Positions 25,527-35,714 are shown, counted from the stretch's first letter. The stretch is DNA of 64,000 bases from Desulfobacteraceae bacterium (GCA_050291625.1 JBNKKC010000127.1:4470-68469); one strand, 5' to 3'. Translations and numbers: made by a program. The notes: a model not told the origin generated them from the sequence alone.

Positions 25527-28500
25527 TCAGTTGATCTGCTCCCCGGCCACCATCGATTCGAGGGTTCTTTTAAGGTCGAACATGCCTTGGCGCACTTGCG
25601 AACGGCGAGGGGCACGGCTCAGCAGCCAAGTCTTCAACGGCTTCTTCTCCGGATGTCCATTCGCCGCAACCAGCTTGCGGATGGTTACCCGCCTGCGGCC
25701 ACTGTAAATGCTGATGGAGGGAATGGCCGGAAAGAAACGGGAGGGTTTGATTCCGGTAATGTCCTCCCGCTTGATAAAGAATCGATCAACGGGGCTTCCG
25801 ATGGACACGCCTTCGGGAGTGATGTCCACAAAATAGCCTTCACGGCTGCGCTTTGCCATGACGAAAACCAGCCCCGCCCATGTGGGGATCAACATCACCA
25901 GCAAAAAGCCGATGATTTTGAGCAGCACTTCCAATCCGAAGACGGTGATCTCGATCACCAGCTTCAAAACAGTTGGCGCTTGAAACGGCGTTTGGATCAC
26001 GGTTTGAAACAAGGCCGGAGCTGCCGTGCCGAGGCCTGCGGCCAGAACCACCAATTGGACGACGATCACCAGGCCGACGATGACGCGCATATACCGGCGC
26101 CGCGAAAAGAAGTAGCTGATACCCCGGGGCGCCTCTTGCCAGCGCGGTCCGCGGAAAGCGGAGATGATGGAATAGCGCATCCCTTCAAAGATCGAATACA
26201 TCGTCGGCACGACCACCAACGTCAACACCGTGGCAAAACAGATGCCGAAGATAATCACAACCCCCAGGCCTTCCCACAACTTGTCGGTAATGGTCAAGGT
26301 GATGATGCCGCCCACTGTGGAAAGGGTGGTGTAGATAATCGGTCCCAGACGCTGCTGGCCGCCGGCGAGAATAGCATCAAACAGATCGAGTCCGGAACGC
26401 CGCATGCGGTTGATACAGTCCACCAGCACGATGGAATCGTTGACCACGATGCCGCTGAGCCCCACCAGGCCGATAAAACTCATGATGGAAAAGTCATTTC
26501 CCGTAACAAAGAGCCCGACCATGGCACCGACGATGGAGAGCGGCAGCGAGGTCAGAATGGCAAAGGGCTGGGCCAGGGAATCGAATTGCGAGACCAGCAG
26601 CGTAAAGATCAGGAGTGCCGCGACAATATAGGCCAGCCTCAGACTTTCAAAGGATTCGGCCGTCTCTTCATACTCGCCGGAATAGTCGAACATGTAGCCG
26701 GCGGGCAGCTCCATCTGATCGAGTTTTTTGATCAGATCCTGGGTGATCTCCACCGCCGACCGCCCCCGGTTGTTGGCGGCAATTCGGACAATCCGGCGAC
26801 GGTCGGAGTGCCGGATGCTGTTCAGTCCTTTTCCCTGCCGGAATCGGGCAATGGTGGACAGCGGCACTAATTCACCGGTGTTCGAGCGCACCTTGACATC
26901 GTCGAGCATGGATGGGCTGGTCCTGGACTCGGGCTCAAAGCGCACCTTGAGATCATACTTTTTTGAAACGTCCAGTTCATCCCGGAATTCGCGAAGATCC
27001 AGACCTGCGGTTGCGCCGCGAAGGCTGACGGCCACGGCCTCCAGCGGTATGCCCATGGCGGCCGCTTTTTCGCGGTCGATCTGCACGCGCAATTCGGGTG
27101 CCGCATCCGAAAAATCGTCCTTGAGATCCACGACTCCGGCAATGCCGGCCATGACGCGTCTGACGTCGGCGGTGATGGAACGCAGCACATCGATGTCGTG
27201 TCCGACAATCTTGACCAGAACAGGCGCGGCGGTTGGCGGCCCCCATTGCAAGGCCCGATAGCGGATGTCGGCGCCGGGAATCGTTTCAAGATACGGACGC
27301 AGCCGTTCCTCTATCTGCCGATGGGATGCGCGCGCGAACTCCTTGCCGTCCGTGAGTTCGATGGTGATCTCGGCAAAGTGGCTGATGGTACCCGATGAAA
27401 ATGAGAGTTCCAAGGCGCTTTGACCGCGCTGGCCGATAGTGGAAACCACCTGAACCGCCTCCGGGACGTGCTCCTGCACCATTTGCTCGACCCGTCTGGC
27501 CACTGCGTCGGTAATATCGACTTCAGTACCTTTCGGTGTCTCAACGGTGATGTAAATATAGTCGAAATCGGCATCCGGGAACATCTCGACCTTGACCAGT
27601 TTTAGGGCTAGCAAGCCAAAGGCGCCCAGTAGGCTGACAAAAATAAAGCAGACCACCAGGATCCGGTGGTTCAGGGCCCACGAGATGCCGCGCACGTAAA
27701 GTTTTTTCAGCTGCCGCAGATCTTCTTCGGGCTTGACGATCTGTCCGTCTTTGAGCGTCCGTTTCATGAGCATGCTCAGGATCAGCGGGTTGGCGATCAG
27801 GGCGACCACCAATGAGGCGCTTAAAGCGATGCTCACGGTCTTGGGCAAGAATCCCATGTATTCGCCCATGACGCCGGTCATCAGCAGCATGGGCAAAAAG
27901 GCCGCCATGGTGGTCAAGGTGGCCGATATCACCGGCATGGCAATTTCCGCCGTGCCGTCGATCACGGCGTCGGCCCGGCTTTTGCCCAGCTGGTAGTGAT
28001 GGTACACATTTTCCACCACGATGATGGCGTTGTCCACCAGCATGCCGATGCACAGCACCAGGGAAAAGCGGACCATATCGTTGTTGGACAGGCCGAACAC
28101 TTTCAGGAAAACAAACGTCAGCAGCAGGGAGAGTGGAATCGACAGCGACGTGATGACCGAGTTCCGCAGTCCCATGGCAAAGTAAAGCACAACGATCACG
28201 ATAATCAGGCCGATCACGGCCGAGTTGTTCATCTGGTCGAAGCTCTGCTTGATGAACTTGGCCCTCTCCGCTGTGATGGTGGTCCGCACGCCGGCCGGAA
28301 ACGTTTTCTCCAGCGCTTTGAGCTTGTCGCGCACCTTGTAGGTGGTTTCGAGAATATTGGCTCCGTTGCGTTTTTTGACAGCGATGGAAGCAGAGGCGAC
28401 ACCGTTGATCCGCGAGTAGCTGACCTCTTCCGAGTGCCCGTCGACGATATTCCCGACGTCTCCCAGAAAGACCACCCGGTCGTCCTGACGAATCAACGGC

Positions 28501-29225
28501 ACCTTGGTGTAGTCGGAAACAGTCTTGATCTCGGTCAGGGTTCGCAGCAGCAGTCGTCGCCCCTGCACATTGACCTGACCGCCGGGGACATTGATATCGG
28601 ACTGTTTAACGGCGTTGTAGACATCCAGAATGGTCAACCCGTATTGGTTCAGGCGCTGCGGATCCAGATAGATCTGGATTTCGCGCACCAGCCCGCCGGC
28701 CACTTCCGCAGCCAGAATTTCGGGCATCAGCTCGATTTCATCGGCGACCTTTTCGGTCAGCCGCCGCAGCGCGACGGGATCGATATCGCCGACCACCGAG
28801 GCGATCATGATGGGGATGTCCGAAAACGTCAGTTCGTTGACTTCGGGATCTTCGGCTTCATCGGGAAGTTCTTTTTTGGCGTCGGTGACCTTTTCGCGCA
28901 CTTTTTGCAGCGACCGCTCCAGGTCGGCCTCGGCCTCGAAATCGATCGCGATCACCGACACCCCTTCGGAGGAGGTGGAGCGCATCTCTTTGACATCTTT
29001 AAGATCGCTGAGTTCTTCCTCCAGAGGTGTCGTGACCAGGCTTTCGACCTCGCTGGGAGAGGCCCCTGGGAAAAGGGTCACCACAATGGCGACAGGAACC
29101 GATACCTCGGGCTCTCCCTCCTTGGGAAGCGAACGATAGGCAAAGGTGCCCGCGACAACCGGCAAGGCTATCACCAGCAAAGCAAATATCAGCCATCGTT
29201 TCAGAACTAACGGAAAAAATCTCAC
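25527..29225 (-). CDS. RND (AcrB/HAE1-type) efflux permease with a C-terminal fusion of about 200 aa (extra TM helices plus a PH-like domain)
   Basis: A 1232-aa protein. The canonical 12-TM RND core ends near VVVPTMYSIFEGMRY (about nt 26180). It is followed by hydrophobic helices and the soluble tail YFVDITPEGVSIGSPVDRFFIKREDITGIK. GTGA overlap with the adaptor gene. Confidence 0.9.
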   Translation of the reverse strand: MRFFPLVLKRWLIFALLVIALPVVAGTFAYRSLPKEGEPEVSVPVAIVVTLFPGASPSEVESLVTTPLEEELSDLKDVKEMRSTSSEGVSVIAIDFEAEADLERSLQKVREKVTDAKKELPDEAEDPEVNELTFSDIPIMIASVVGDIDPVALRRLTEKVADEIELMPEILAAEVAGGLVREIQIYLDPQRLNQYGLTILDVYNAVKQSDINVPGGQVNVQGRRLLLRTLTEIKTVSDYTKVPLIRQDDRVVFLGDVGNIVDGHSEEVSYSRINGVASASIAVKKRNGANILETTYKVRDKLKALEKTFPAGVRTTITAERAKFIKQSFDQMNNSAVIGLIIVIVVLYFAMGLRNSVITSLSIPLSLLLTFVFLKVFGLSNNDMVRFSLVLCIGMLVDNAIIVVENVYHHYQLGKSRADAVIDGTAEIAMPVISATLTTMAAFLPMLLMTGVMGEYMGFLPKTVSIALSASLVVALIANPLILSMLMKRTLKDGQIVKPEEDLRQLKKLYVRGISWALNHRILVVCFIFVSLLGAFGLLALKLVKVEMFPDADFDYIYITVETPKGTEVDITDAVARRVEQMVQEHVPEAVQVVSTIGQRGQSALELSFSSGTISHFAEITIELTDGKEFARASHRQIEERLRPYLETIPGADIRYRALQWGPPTAAPVLVKIVGHDIDVLRSITADVRRVMAGIAGVVDLKDDFSDAAPELRVQIDREKAAAMGIPLEAVAVSLRGATAGLDLREFRDELDVSKKYDLKVRFEPESRTSPSMLDDVKVRSNTGELVPLSTIARFRQGKGLNSIRHSDRRRIVRIAANNRGRSAVEITQDLIKKLDQMELPAGYMFDYSGEYEETAESFESLRLAYIVAALLIFTLLVSQFDSLAQPFAILTSLPLSIVGAMVGLFVTGNDFSIMSFIGLVGLSGIVVNDSIVLVDCINRMRRSGLDLFDAILAGGQQRLGPIIYTTLSTVGGIITLTITDKLWEGLGVVIIFGICFATVLTLVVVPTMYSIFEGMRYSIISAFRGPRWQEAPRGISYFFSRRRYMRVIVGLVIVVQLVVLAAGLGTAAPALFQTVIQTPFQAPTVLKLVIEITVFGLEVLLKIIGFLLVMLIPTWAGLVFVMAKRSREGYFVDITPEGVSIGSPVDRFFIKREDITGIKPSRFFPAIPSISIYSGRRRVTIRKLVAANGHPEKKPLKTWLLSRAPRRSQVRQGMFDLKRTLESMVAGEQIN

Positions 29226-30298
29226 TGCGTCACCACCACCTTGTCGCCCGGTCTGAGATACGGCCCGCCGGCGACCACCAGTTTATCACCGGGATTCACA
29301 CCGTCGAGAATACGAACGTCGGAGCCGTCCATGCGTCCCAGCGTGACGTTCCTTGCGACGGCCAAATTTTCCTCGTCGACGATGAAGACTTCTTTACTGC
29401 TCTCCCTGAAAAGGACGCTGTTTTGGGGGATCATAAGGGCGTTGGGAATCACTTCAGTCTGGATGGTAACACGCGCCGTCAGACCCGCTTTCAAACGGAA
29501 GTCCGAATTGTCCACCAGTATCTCGACTTCAAATGTATTGGTGCGGGCGTCGGCCTTGATGCCGATCTTGTCCACCCGACCGGCGACTGGCGACTGTGAA
29601 AACGCTTCGATCGTGATGGTTACCGGATCGTCCTTGTCCAGATGCACGTAATCCAGCTCATTGATATAGATTTTCACCCGCATGGTCGCCATATCCGCCA
29701 CCTGCATGACCGGATCGCCCACAGAGATATTCTGGCCGAGTTCGACAAACCGCTGGGTGACATACCCATCATACGGCACCGACACAGAGGTTTTTTCCAG
29801 CCGCCGCCTCGCCAGCGCCACCATGCTTGTCATCTGTGCCACATAGGCCTTTGCGGACTTGTATTCCGCTTCGGCCTTGTCAAAAAGCTCCGGCGTGATG
29901 GCCTTTGCAGGCAAGAGACGATCGGCACGTTCAAAGGTTTTCTTTGCCGCTGAGAGACGGACCCGGGCGGCATCCAGGTTGGACTCTGCTTCATGCAAGG
30001 CAAGGGTGTAGTCCGTCGCATCGAGCACCGCCAGCGAACCGCCCGAATCCACCCGGTCGCCCACATCGGCATCATACCGCTGAAGAATGCCCGCCACCTG
30101 GGCTGAAACGACCACCGACCGGTTGGGGGCCAGCCGTCCCACACTGTTTACCACAATGGGCAGATCGCGGCTGGCAATGGTTTCAATCCGCACGGCACGC
30201 GGTTTGGCTTCGGCGACCGGTTTCTCTTCAGCTGGATTGCATGCGGTAAAAATGGCCAGAAATGATAAACCTATCATTGCAGTAATTATCGTTTTCAT
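29222..30298 (-). CDS. RND efflux periplasmic adaptor (HlyD/MFP family) lipoprotein
   Basis: Lipobox MKTIITAMIGLSFLAIFTAC, followed by the barrel-sandwich, coiled-coil hairpin and beta-barrel pattern. Confidence 0.85.
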   Translation of the reverse strand: MKTIITAMIGLSFLAIFTACNPAEEKPVAEAKPRAVRIETIASRDLPIVVNSVGRLAPNRSVVVSAQVAGILQRYDADVGDRVDSGGSLAVLDATDYTLALHEAESNLDAARVRLSAAKKTFERADRLLPAKAITPELFDKAEAEYKSAKAYVAQMTSMVALARRRLEKTSVSVPYDGYVTQRFVELGQNISVGDPVMQVADMATMRVKIYINELDYVHLDKDDPVTITIEAFSQSPVAGRVDKIGIKADARTNTFEVEILVDNSDFRLKAGLTARVTIQTEVIPNALMIPQNSVLFRESSKEVFIVDEENLAVARNVTLGRMDGSDVRILDGVNPGDKLVVAGGPYLRPGDKVVVTQ

Positions 30299-30620
30299 CG
30301 ATTTAGATAACCTCAGTGCGCCAACGGTTGTTCTCAATTATATGAATGGTCTCTTCAGACCCGGGAGGGCAAGATTGCTGATAGACAGTAGTGAATATGC
30401 GACTGGAAATCAAGCCTTGTCCGGTATTTGCATCCAGGATCCAGCCGGTCGTGGCCACTGCCATCCGACCTCAGTGCAGTTTATAGCACCTTAAAGTCAT
30501 GGAGTCACGGTTTACTGAGGCAAAACAAAAAACGAATGAATATTCCCGTTGAATAGGCCGCACCGGTACAAACAACGGACAGCCGATCGGGAAACAGTCA
30601 ATATCCTGTTCAACCCCCGG

Positions 30621-31514
30621 CTAGGCCGCCTCGTAAACCAGCTTGATCTGAGAAGTGGCGCTCTTTAATTTCTTCAGATTGGGAAACAGCCGGCGGACTT
30701 TCTCAGGAGCAGTGCTGGCCGGATGGATCTCGGTTCCGCTATCAAGCAGTTCTGCGAACCGGCTGATCGCCGACCGGATCCGATCGTACAGTTCTTCACT
30801 CTCATCGCCACCGAAATGCTCCTGCAGCACCTTGCCGGTTTGTTCATCAACAATATCCTGGATCGCTTTGTCGTGGCCGCTGTTGATGTCCAGCAGGCTT
30901 TCGTCTTTGACCTTGAGTTCCTGGACATAATCACAAATAAAACGGCCCTCCCGCATTTTCTGGCAGATCAGAACAGCGGCACCCGATATGCTTCCGACGA
31001 GTTGCATGGCGGCATGACTTGCGATGAATATATTCACCTCTCCTGCGACGATATCCCAACATTCTATTTTCACGTCGCCTTTGATGTGATCATTGACAAG
31101 TACATGGGATAATTCGGTCTGGATCGTCTTTAGATTCTTAAGCATCTGTTCCAGATCGTCCGGATCGGACAGTTTGATGATAATCTGACGTCCGCTGGTT
31201 TGTCCCAGATTGTCGGCGATGGTTTTTTTCAAGACCTCCACGTAGGCGAACAGCTTGGTGTGCAGTTTGTAGATCCTCTTGAAGACGCTACGGTTGACGG
31301 TGATCTGATCGGCGGATGATAGATACAGGGCGGTTTGCTTGAGCGTCTGGACAGATGCCTTGAATGCCGGTATGGCCGCGACATCATCGACAAACCGCTT
31401 GAAATTGATCACGTTTTCCACACGAATCCTGTCGTCACTCTCTTTGAAAGACCTCAGATGAACTTCGGACACATTCCATTTTCGTAACCTATCGTAAATT
31501 GAAGTTAGCTTCAT
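30621..31514 (-). CDS. Hypothetical protein (orphan, AT-richer than its surroundings)
   Basis: A 297-aa clean ORF with no TM helix or signal peptide. It is helical and charged, and no motif was recognised. Confidence 0.55.
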   Translation of the reverse strand: MKLTSIYDRLRKWNVSEVHLRSFKESDDRIRVENVINFKRFVDDVAAIPAFKASVQTLKQTALYLSSADQITVNRSVFKRIYKLHTKLFAYVEVLKKTIADNLGQTSGRQIIIKLSDPDDLEQMLKNLKTIQTELSHVLVNDHIKGDVKIECWDIVAGEVNIFIASHAAMQLVGSISGAAVLICQKMREGRFICDYVQELKVKDESLLDINSGHDKAIQDIVDEQTGKVLQEHFGGDESEELYDRIRSAISRFAELLDSGTEIHPASTAPEKVRRLFPNLKKLKSATSQIKLVYEAA

Positions 31515-31706
31515 CGTCCTCCCCCCGTTTCACTACATATAGTGGTCCATTTTGCATAATTTACTATAAGTTGTATGAAGATCGATATTGATTTCGAGCT
31601 ATCGATTGATATGCTTTTGGAGGATTTTCCGAACATATCATATACATACGGATGATCAAGCATAATTCATGCGGTGACAATAAAAGATGGCGAAAACTTG
31701 AGCGCG

Positions 31707-31849
31707 GTGTCCATTCAGAAATGGCAGGTTGCGGTCCAGATCAAGGCCGCAGGGAGGTTGATACCGCAGGCGTAGCGGCGCTACGTCGAGGATGTCAACC
31801 GAGCGAGAACACCGAGCTGGGCCGCAAGATGCCATTTATGGATGGACAC
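31707..31849 (+). ncRNA. A 143-nt extended imperfect hairpin. It is a candidate structured RNA or DNA secondary-structure site of unknown class.
   Basis: A 33-bp closing stem pairs 31707-31739 with 31817-31849: 28 Watson-Crick pairs, 2 T-G positions that pair only in the plus-strand sense, and 3 mismatches. Inside are a 16-17 nt internal loop on each side, an inner stem gttga/tcaac, and an apical hairpin cgtagc-ggc-gctacg. Confidence 0.45.
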
Positions 31850-31850
31850 C

Positions 31851-32324
31851 TTAATTGTAATGCCACACCCGCATCCTCAGCCTGCCTGCAGAAATCAGCT
31901 CGAATCGTTCGTTGCCGACGTGGAAACTCTTTTTAGCCCGTGCGATATCGATGGTGCGAGAGTAGGTCACCTTGGGGTCCAGGTCCAGCACGATCACATC
32001 GAGCTTGATCGTTGCACCATCCGCCTTGCCGCGGTAAGTCATGACGGATCGGCCGATTTGCTTATGGACATCCTTGTGCAAAATGTATGTCGTCTTCACA
32101 GGCTGCGTGGCGGGCGCCCCCGTGTCATTGATCCAGTCCCTCGGCGGAGTCCGGTTCGCCGCCGAATCAGCAATGCTGTCCCGGGATGGTCTGGTGTAGG
32201 CGGAGGTACCGCTTGACGGCAGGAATCGTATGCTCAGATACCCCAGCAGTGCCATACTTCCGATAATGGTAACGACAACCGTGAGCATCGAGAGCAACTT
32301 TTTTTTGGGCGTGTCATCTGCCAT
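31851..32324 (-). CDS. Hypothetical membrane-anchored protein
   Basis: A 157-aa protein with an N-terminal TM helix LLSMLTVVVTIIGSMALLGYLSI, followed by a beta-rich domain. No motif was recognised. Confidence 0.5.
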   Translation of the reverse strand: MADDTPKKKLLSMLTVVVTIIGSMALLGYLSIRFLPSSGTSAYTRPSRDSIADSAANRTPPRDWINDTGAPATQPVKTTYILHKDVHKQIGRSVMTYRGKADGATIKLDVIVLDLDPKVTYSRTIDIARAKKSFHVGNERFELISAGRLRMRVWHYN

Positions 32325-32635
32325 CGCCGCCCCTCCTGCCGACAGGCATATAAACGATCAACTATCAAAGCCTTTCCCAGCGGGAAGGTCATTTACTCAT
32401 TTGATTTCTGTCGATACTAAATGGCATCGCGTCAAACAAAAGGCAACGTTTTTCGATTGGTACTCAATGTCATGAATGTTGCGACGCAATACAAATGGGA
32501 GCGGCGTCGCGCCGCGACAGGTCCTGTTGATTGCCTCGACATCGCGACGAAACGGCTCTCCCTCAAGGCAATGTTGACAAAGGCGCCTCAGCCTGATGAC
32601 ATTGGGTTGCCACTGAGGAACCAAAAGGAGGCGAT

Positions 32636-33406
32636 TTGGCTGCAGCCATACATCATCTGGTGGATGTGCACGCCCACATCTGCGACAGCCGTTTTGATGC
32701 GGATCGGGATGCCGTGATGGAGCGTGCCGTCCGTGCCGGTGTTTCGGCAATCATCGGAGTGGGCGAAAGCCTGTCCGATGCTGTTAAAAATAAGGAGCTG
32801 GCGGAACGATACCCCATTCTGAAGCCGGCCGCAGGTCTCTATCCGACGCACCTGGACCTGGATCTGGCGGCCAGGACAGCCGCATTCATCCGCCAAAACC
32901 AATCGCGCCTGGCGGCCATCGGCGAAGTAGGACTCGATTTCTGGGCAATAAAGGAGGAGGATCAAAAAGAGATTCAACGCGACATTTTCAGACAATTCAT
33001 TCTGCTGTCCAACGAACTGAATCTGCCACTGAACGTTCATTCCCGGTCCGCCGGTCGGCATGCCATCACCATGCTGCTGGACAACAACGCCAAAAGGGTT
33101 CAGTTGCATGCCTTCGACGGTAACTTCGGATCCGCTATGCCGGCGGTTGAAGCCGGCTATCTCTTTTCGATCCCGCCATCCATCGTCCGTTCGCGCCAGA
33201 AACAGAAACTCGTCAAACAGCTCCCGCTCTCATGCCTGCTGGCCGAAACGGACAGCCCCGTGCTGGGCCCGGATCCGCAAAGTCGCAACGAACCGGCCAA
33301 CGTAACCGTGTCCGTTGCAGCGATCGCACAGCTGAAGTCGGTTGAGGAAATAGCTGTTCTTGAGGCGGTTGCGGAAAACACTGCGCGGCTGTATCCGGAA
33401 ATATAA
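32636..33406 (+). CDS. tatD: TatD-family metal-dependent hydrolase
   Basis: LVDVHAHI at the N-terminus, IGEVGLDF, NVHSR and ETDSP motifs. TTG start 4 nt after AAGGAGG. Confidence 0.85.
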   Translation: MAAAIHHLVDVHAHICDSRFDADRDAVMERAVRAGVSAIIGVGESLSDAVKNKELAERYPILKPAAGLYPTHLDLDLAARTAAFIRQNQSRLAAIGEVGLDFWAIKEEDQKEIQRDIFRQFILLSNELNLPLNVHSRSAGRHAITMLLDNNAKRVQLHAFDGNFGSAMPAVEAGYLFSIPPSIVRSRQKQKLVKQLPLSCLLAETDSPVLGPDPQSRNEPANVTVSVAAIAQLKSVEEIAVLEAVAENTARLYPEI

Positions 33407-33418
33407 TCCCCCGGCCGT

Positions 33419-35419
33419 TTATGTCTTCCTTTCCAGGGCCGAGCGCGCCTCGTCCCGGTTTTCATAGATATGGGGAGCCACGCCGCGGTTCTTGAGAGCG
33501 TCTCCGATTTTCATCCGCATAAAGGCGGAGGTCGTATAGCGGGTCACGCCGCAATAGAAGCGGTCCACCACCCGCTTGACCATATCGGTATAGTTGTCCA
33601 CCAGCTCGGGCGAAATCTCGAAGTTGTCATAATTGACGATGGTATAGACCTTTTTCCCCAATGCGGAGAGCTTGTCGCTTACGGCGGCCTCGATCTGCGC
33701 GATGGTTTCGTGAGACCGGATGACCAGGCCTTCGAAATTGATGAAGAAGACATTTTCATCCGGATCGTAGGCCAGGCGTTCACTCAAAGGCACGGAAATC
33801 AGATCCGATTTCAGGTTCATGGGCGGTTCCTGAAAAATCCGGCTGTCCATCAATGCCGGCGTTTTCTCGATGACCGGTTCGAAAGCCATCTGGGAAAGAA
33901 TATGCTTTTCCAGGTCGATCCCCGGCGCAATCTCGACCAGTTCCATGCCCGCCCGGGTCAGTGCGAACACGCAGCGCTCGGTGATATATAGCACCGGCTG
34001 CTGTTTGTTGAGCGCATACGCTCCGCTGAACGTAACGTGCTCGACCTGCTCCACGAACTTTTGGACGTTGCCTTCCCTCTCGATGGTCAGCGACCCGCCG
34101 GCCACGCTCACCTTCAAGCCGCCGGCGGTAAAGGTCCCGATGAAAATCACCTTTTTCGCGTTCTGGCTGATGTTGATAAAGCCGCCCGCCCCGGCCAGTT
34201 TCGGTCCGAATTTGCTGACATTCAAATTGCCATGGCGGTCGGCCTGGGCCAGTCCCAGAAACGCCATGTCCAGCCCGCCGCCGTCATAGAAATCGAACTG
34301 GGCAGGCTGGTCGATCAGCGCTTCTGTATTGGCCGCCGCACCGAAATTCAGCCCCCCGGCCGGCAAGCCGCCGATCACTCCCGGCTCGGCCGTCAGCGTG
34401 ATCAGATCGAGAATCTGCTCTTCATTGGCGATATTGGAAACGCCCTCGGGCATGCCGATGCCCAGGTTGACAACACTGTTGGGCCTGAGTTCGAACGCGG
34501 CACGCCGCGCAATCACCTTGCGCTCCCCCATGGCCAGCGGTTCGATCGATTGCGACGGCACTTTGATTTCATGACTGTATGCGGAATTGTACCGGACGCC
34601 GAAGGTCTGCCAGTGATGATCCGGCTGCGCCACCACGACGCAGTCCACCATCATACCGGGAATCTTCACATCCCGGGCGTTGAGCGTACCGCGCTCTGCA
34701 ATGCGCTCCACCTGAACGATCACATAGCCGCCGGCGTTGCGGGCGGCCGTGGCCACGGCCAGCGATTCCAAAATCAGGGCCTCTTTTTCCATGGTGATGT
34801 TGCCGTCCGTATCGGCGGTGGTACCCCTCAGTATCGCTACATCGATGGGAAAGGTTTTATACGCCAGATACTCCCGGCCGTCGAATTCGATCAACTCCAC
34901 AATATCTGCTATTGTATTGGAATTGATCTTCCCCCCTCCATTGCGCGGATCCACGAAGGTGCCCAATCCCACCGAAGTGATGGTCCGCGGCTTGCCGGCG
35001 GCGCTGTCGCGATACATATGGGAAATCACGCCCTGAGGCAGATTATAGGCTTCAATCTTTCCATCAATCGCCAGCTTCTGCAGTTTGGGTACAAGCCCCC
35101 AATGTCCTCCAACGACGCGTTTGACCAACCCTTCATGCCCCAGATGGTTCAAGCCTCGCCCGGCACCGTCACCCTGTCCGGCGGCGTAGACAAGGGTCAG
35201 ATCCTGGGGGCGGCCGGTTTTCAGGAAATATTGCTCCAAGGCGATGGCGATGCCTTCGGCGAATCCAATGCCCACAAACCCACCGGTGGCCACGGTGTCC
35301 CCGCTTCGAATCAGGCGCACCGCTTCTTCAGCCTCGACAATTTTGCCTTTTCTGGCTCTCTGGGGAGGCATGGAAGAGAGTATCGGATGTCGAACGCCTG
35401 GTTGTTGATCGCTGCTCAT
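33419..35419 (-). CDS. Family I acyl-CoA:acetate/3-ketoacid CoA-transferase (fused alpha-beta, YdiF/Pct-like) with a C-terminal extension
   Basis: A 666-aa protein with [21 protein letters not shown], and an EPGVIGG-type glutamyl region. About 130 additional C-terminal residues have unknown function. Confidence 0.75.
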   Translation of the reverse strand: MSSDQQPGVRHPILSSMPPQRARKGKIVEAEEAVRLIRSGDTVATGGFVGIGFAEGIAIALEQYFLKTGRPQDLTLVYAAGQGDGAGRGLNHLGHEGLVKRVVGGHWGLVPKLQKLAIDGKIEAYNLPQGVISHMYRDSAAGKPRTITSVGLGTFVDPRNGGGKINSNTIADIVELIEFDGREYLAYKTFPIDVAILRGTTADTDGNITMEKEALILESLAVATAARNAGGYVIVQVERIAERGTLNARDVKIPGMMVDCVVVAQPDHHWQTFGVRYNSAYSHEIKVPSQSIEPLAMGERKVIARRAAFELRPNSVVNLGIGMPEGVSNIANEEQILDLITLTAEPGVIGGLPAGGLNFGAAANTEALIDQPAQFDFYDGGGLDMAFLGLAQADRHGNLNVSKFGPKLAGAGGFINISQNAKKVIFIGTFTAGGLKVSVAGGSLTIEREGNVQKFVEQVEHVTFSGAYALNKQQPVLYITERCVFALTRAGMELVEIAPGIDLEKHILSQMAFEPVIEKTPALMDSRIFQEPPMNLKSDLISVPLSERLAYDPDENVFFINFEGLVIRSHETIAQIEAAVSDKLSALGKKVYTIVNYDNFEISPELVDNYTDMVKRVVDRFYCGVTRYTTSAFMRMKIGDALKNRGVAPHIYENRDEARSALERKT

Positions 35420-35714
35420 GGCGACCTCCTTATTGATATATGTATTTTTTTTTGCTACATATCTTAGCGCGTATTCAGCCTTCCGTCGACTGCTAATTCC
35501 AAGACAATCGGCATTTGCCGGATCGCTGAAACCCTATCATAACAAGGGTGTCCGCCCATGCCTCAAAATGAGCCCGGCATGTTTACCCTCTGGCCCGATA
35601 TCTGCCTAAAAAAGCTTACTGGCTCGACGTTGACTGAACAGCCTCAAATCGTATCACACACCCAATCCAAGACGCGTTGTGTTGGATTGCAATCTTTGGA
35701 CAAAAGGAGTCATC

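Noticed and set aside
25296-26870. A 524-aa plus-strand ORF, and likewise 27996-29210 (404 aa), opposite the RND pump gene
   Set aside because: Both lie entirely antisense to a confidently identified RND permease. Their composition is dominated by His/Asp/Gly/Arg/Gln runs with no domain-like motifs. These are typical shadow ORFs of a GC-rich gene.
31707-31849. Assignment of the long hairpin to 6S RNA, SRP (4.5S) RNA, RNase P RNA or tmRNA
   Set aside because: Signature sequences are absent on both strands. These include the SRP domain IV GGAA/AGCA loops, the RNase P GGAAAGUCCGG, and the tmRNA GGGGCUG start with its tag ORF. Only the general shape is 6S-like, so it is left unclassified.
31652-31936. 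A 94-aa plus-strand ORF spanning the long hairpin
   Set aside because: The frame runs straight through both arms of the 33-bp helix and into the 3' end of the opposite-strand gene. There is no RBS and the composition is not protein-like.
34037-35467. A 476-aa plus-strand ORF antisense to the CoA-transferase gene
   Set aside because: It is a shadow ORF. The minus-strand frame carries clear CoA-transferase motifs, while the plus-strand translation is low-complexity (Gly/Arg/His/Asp rich).
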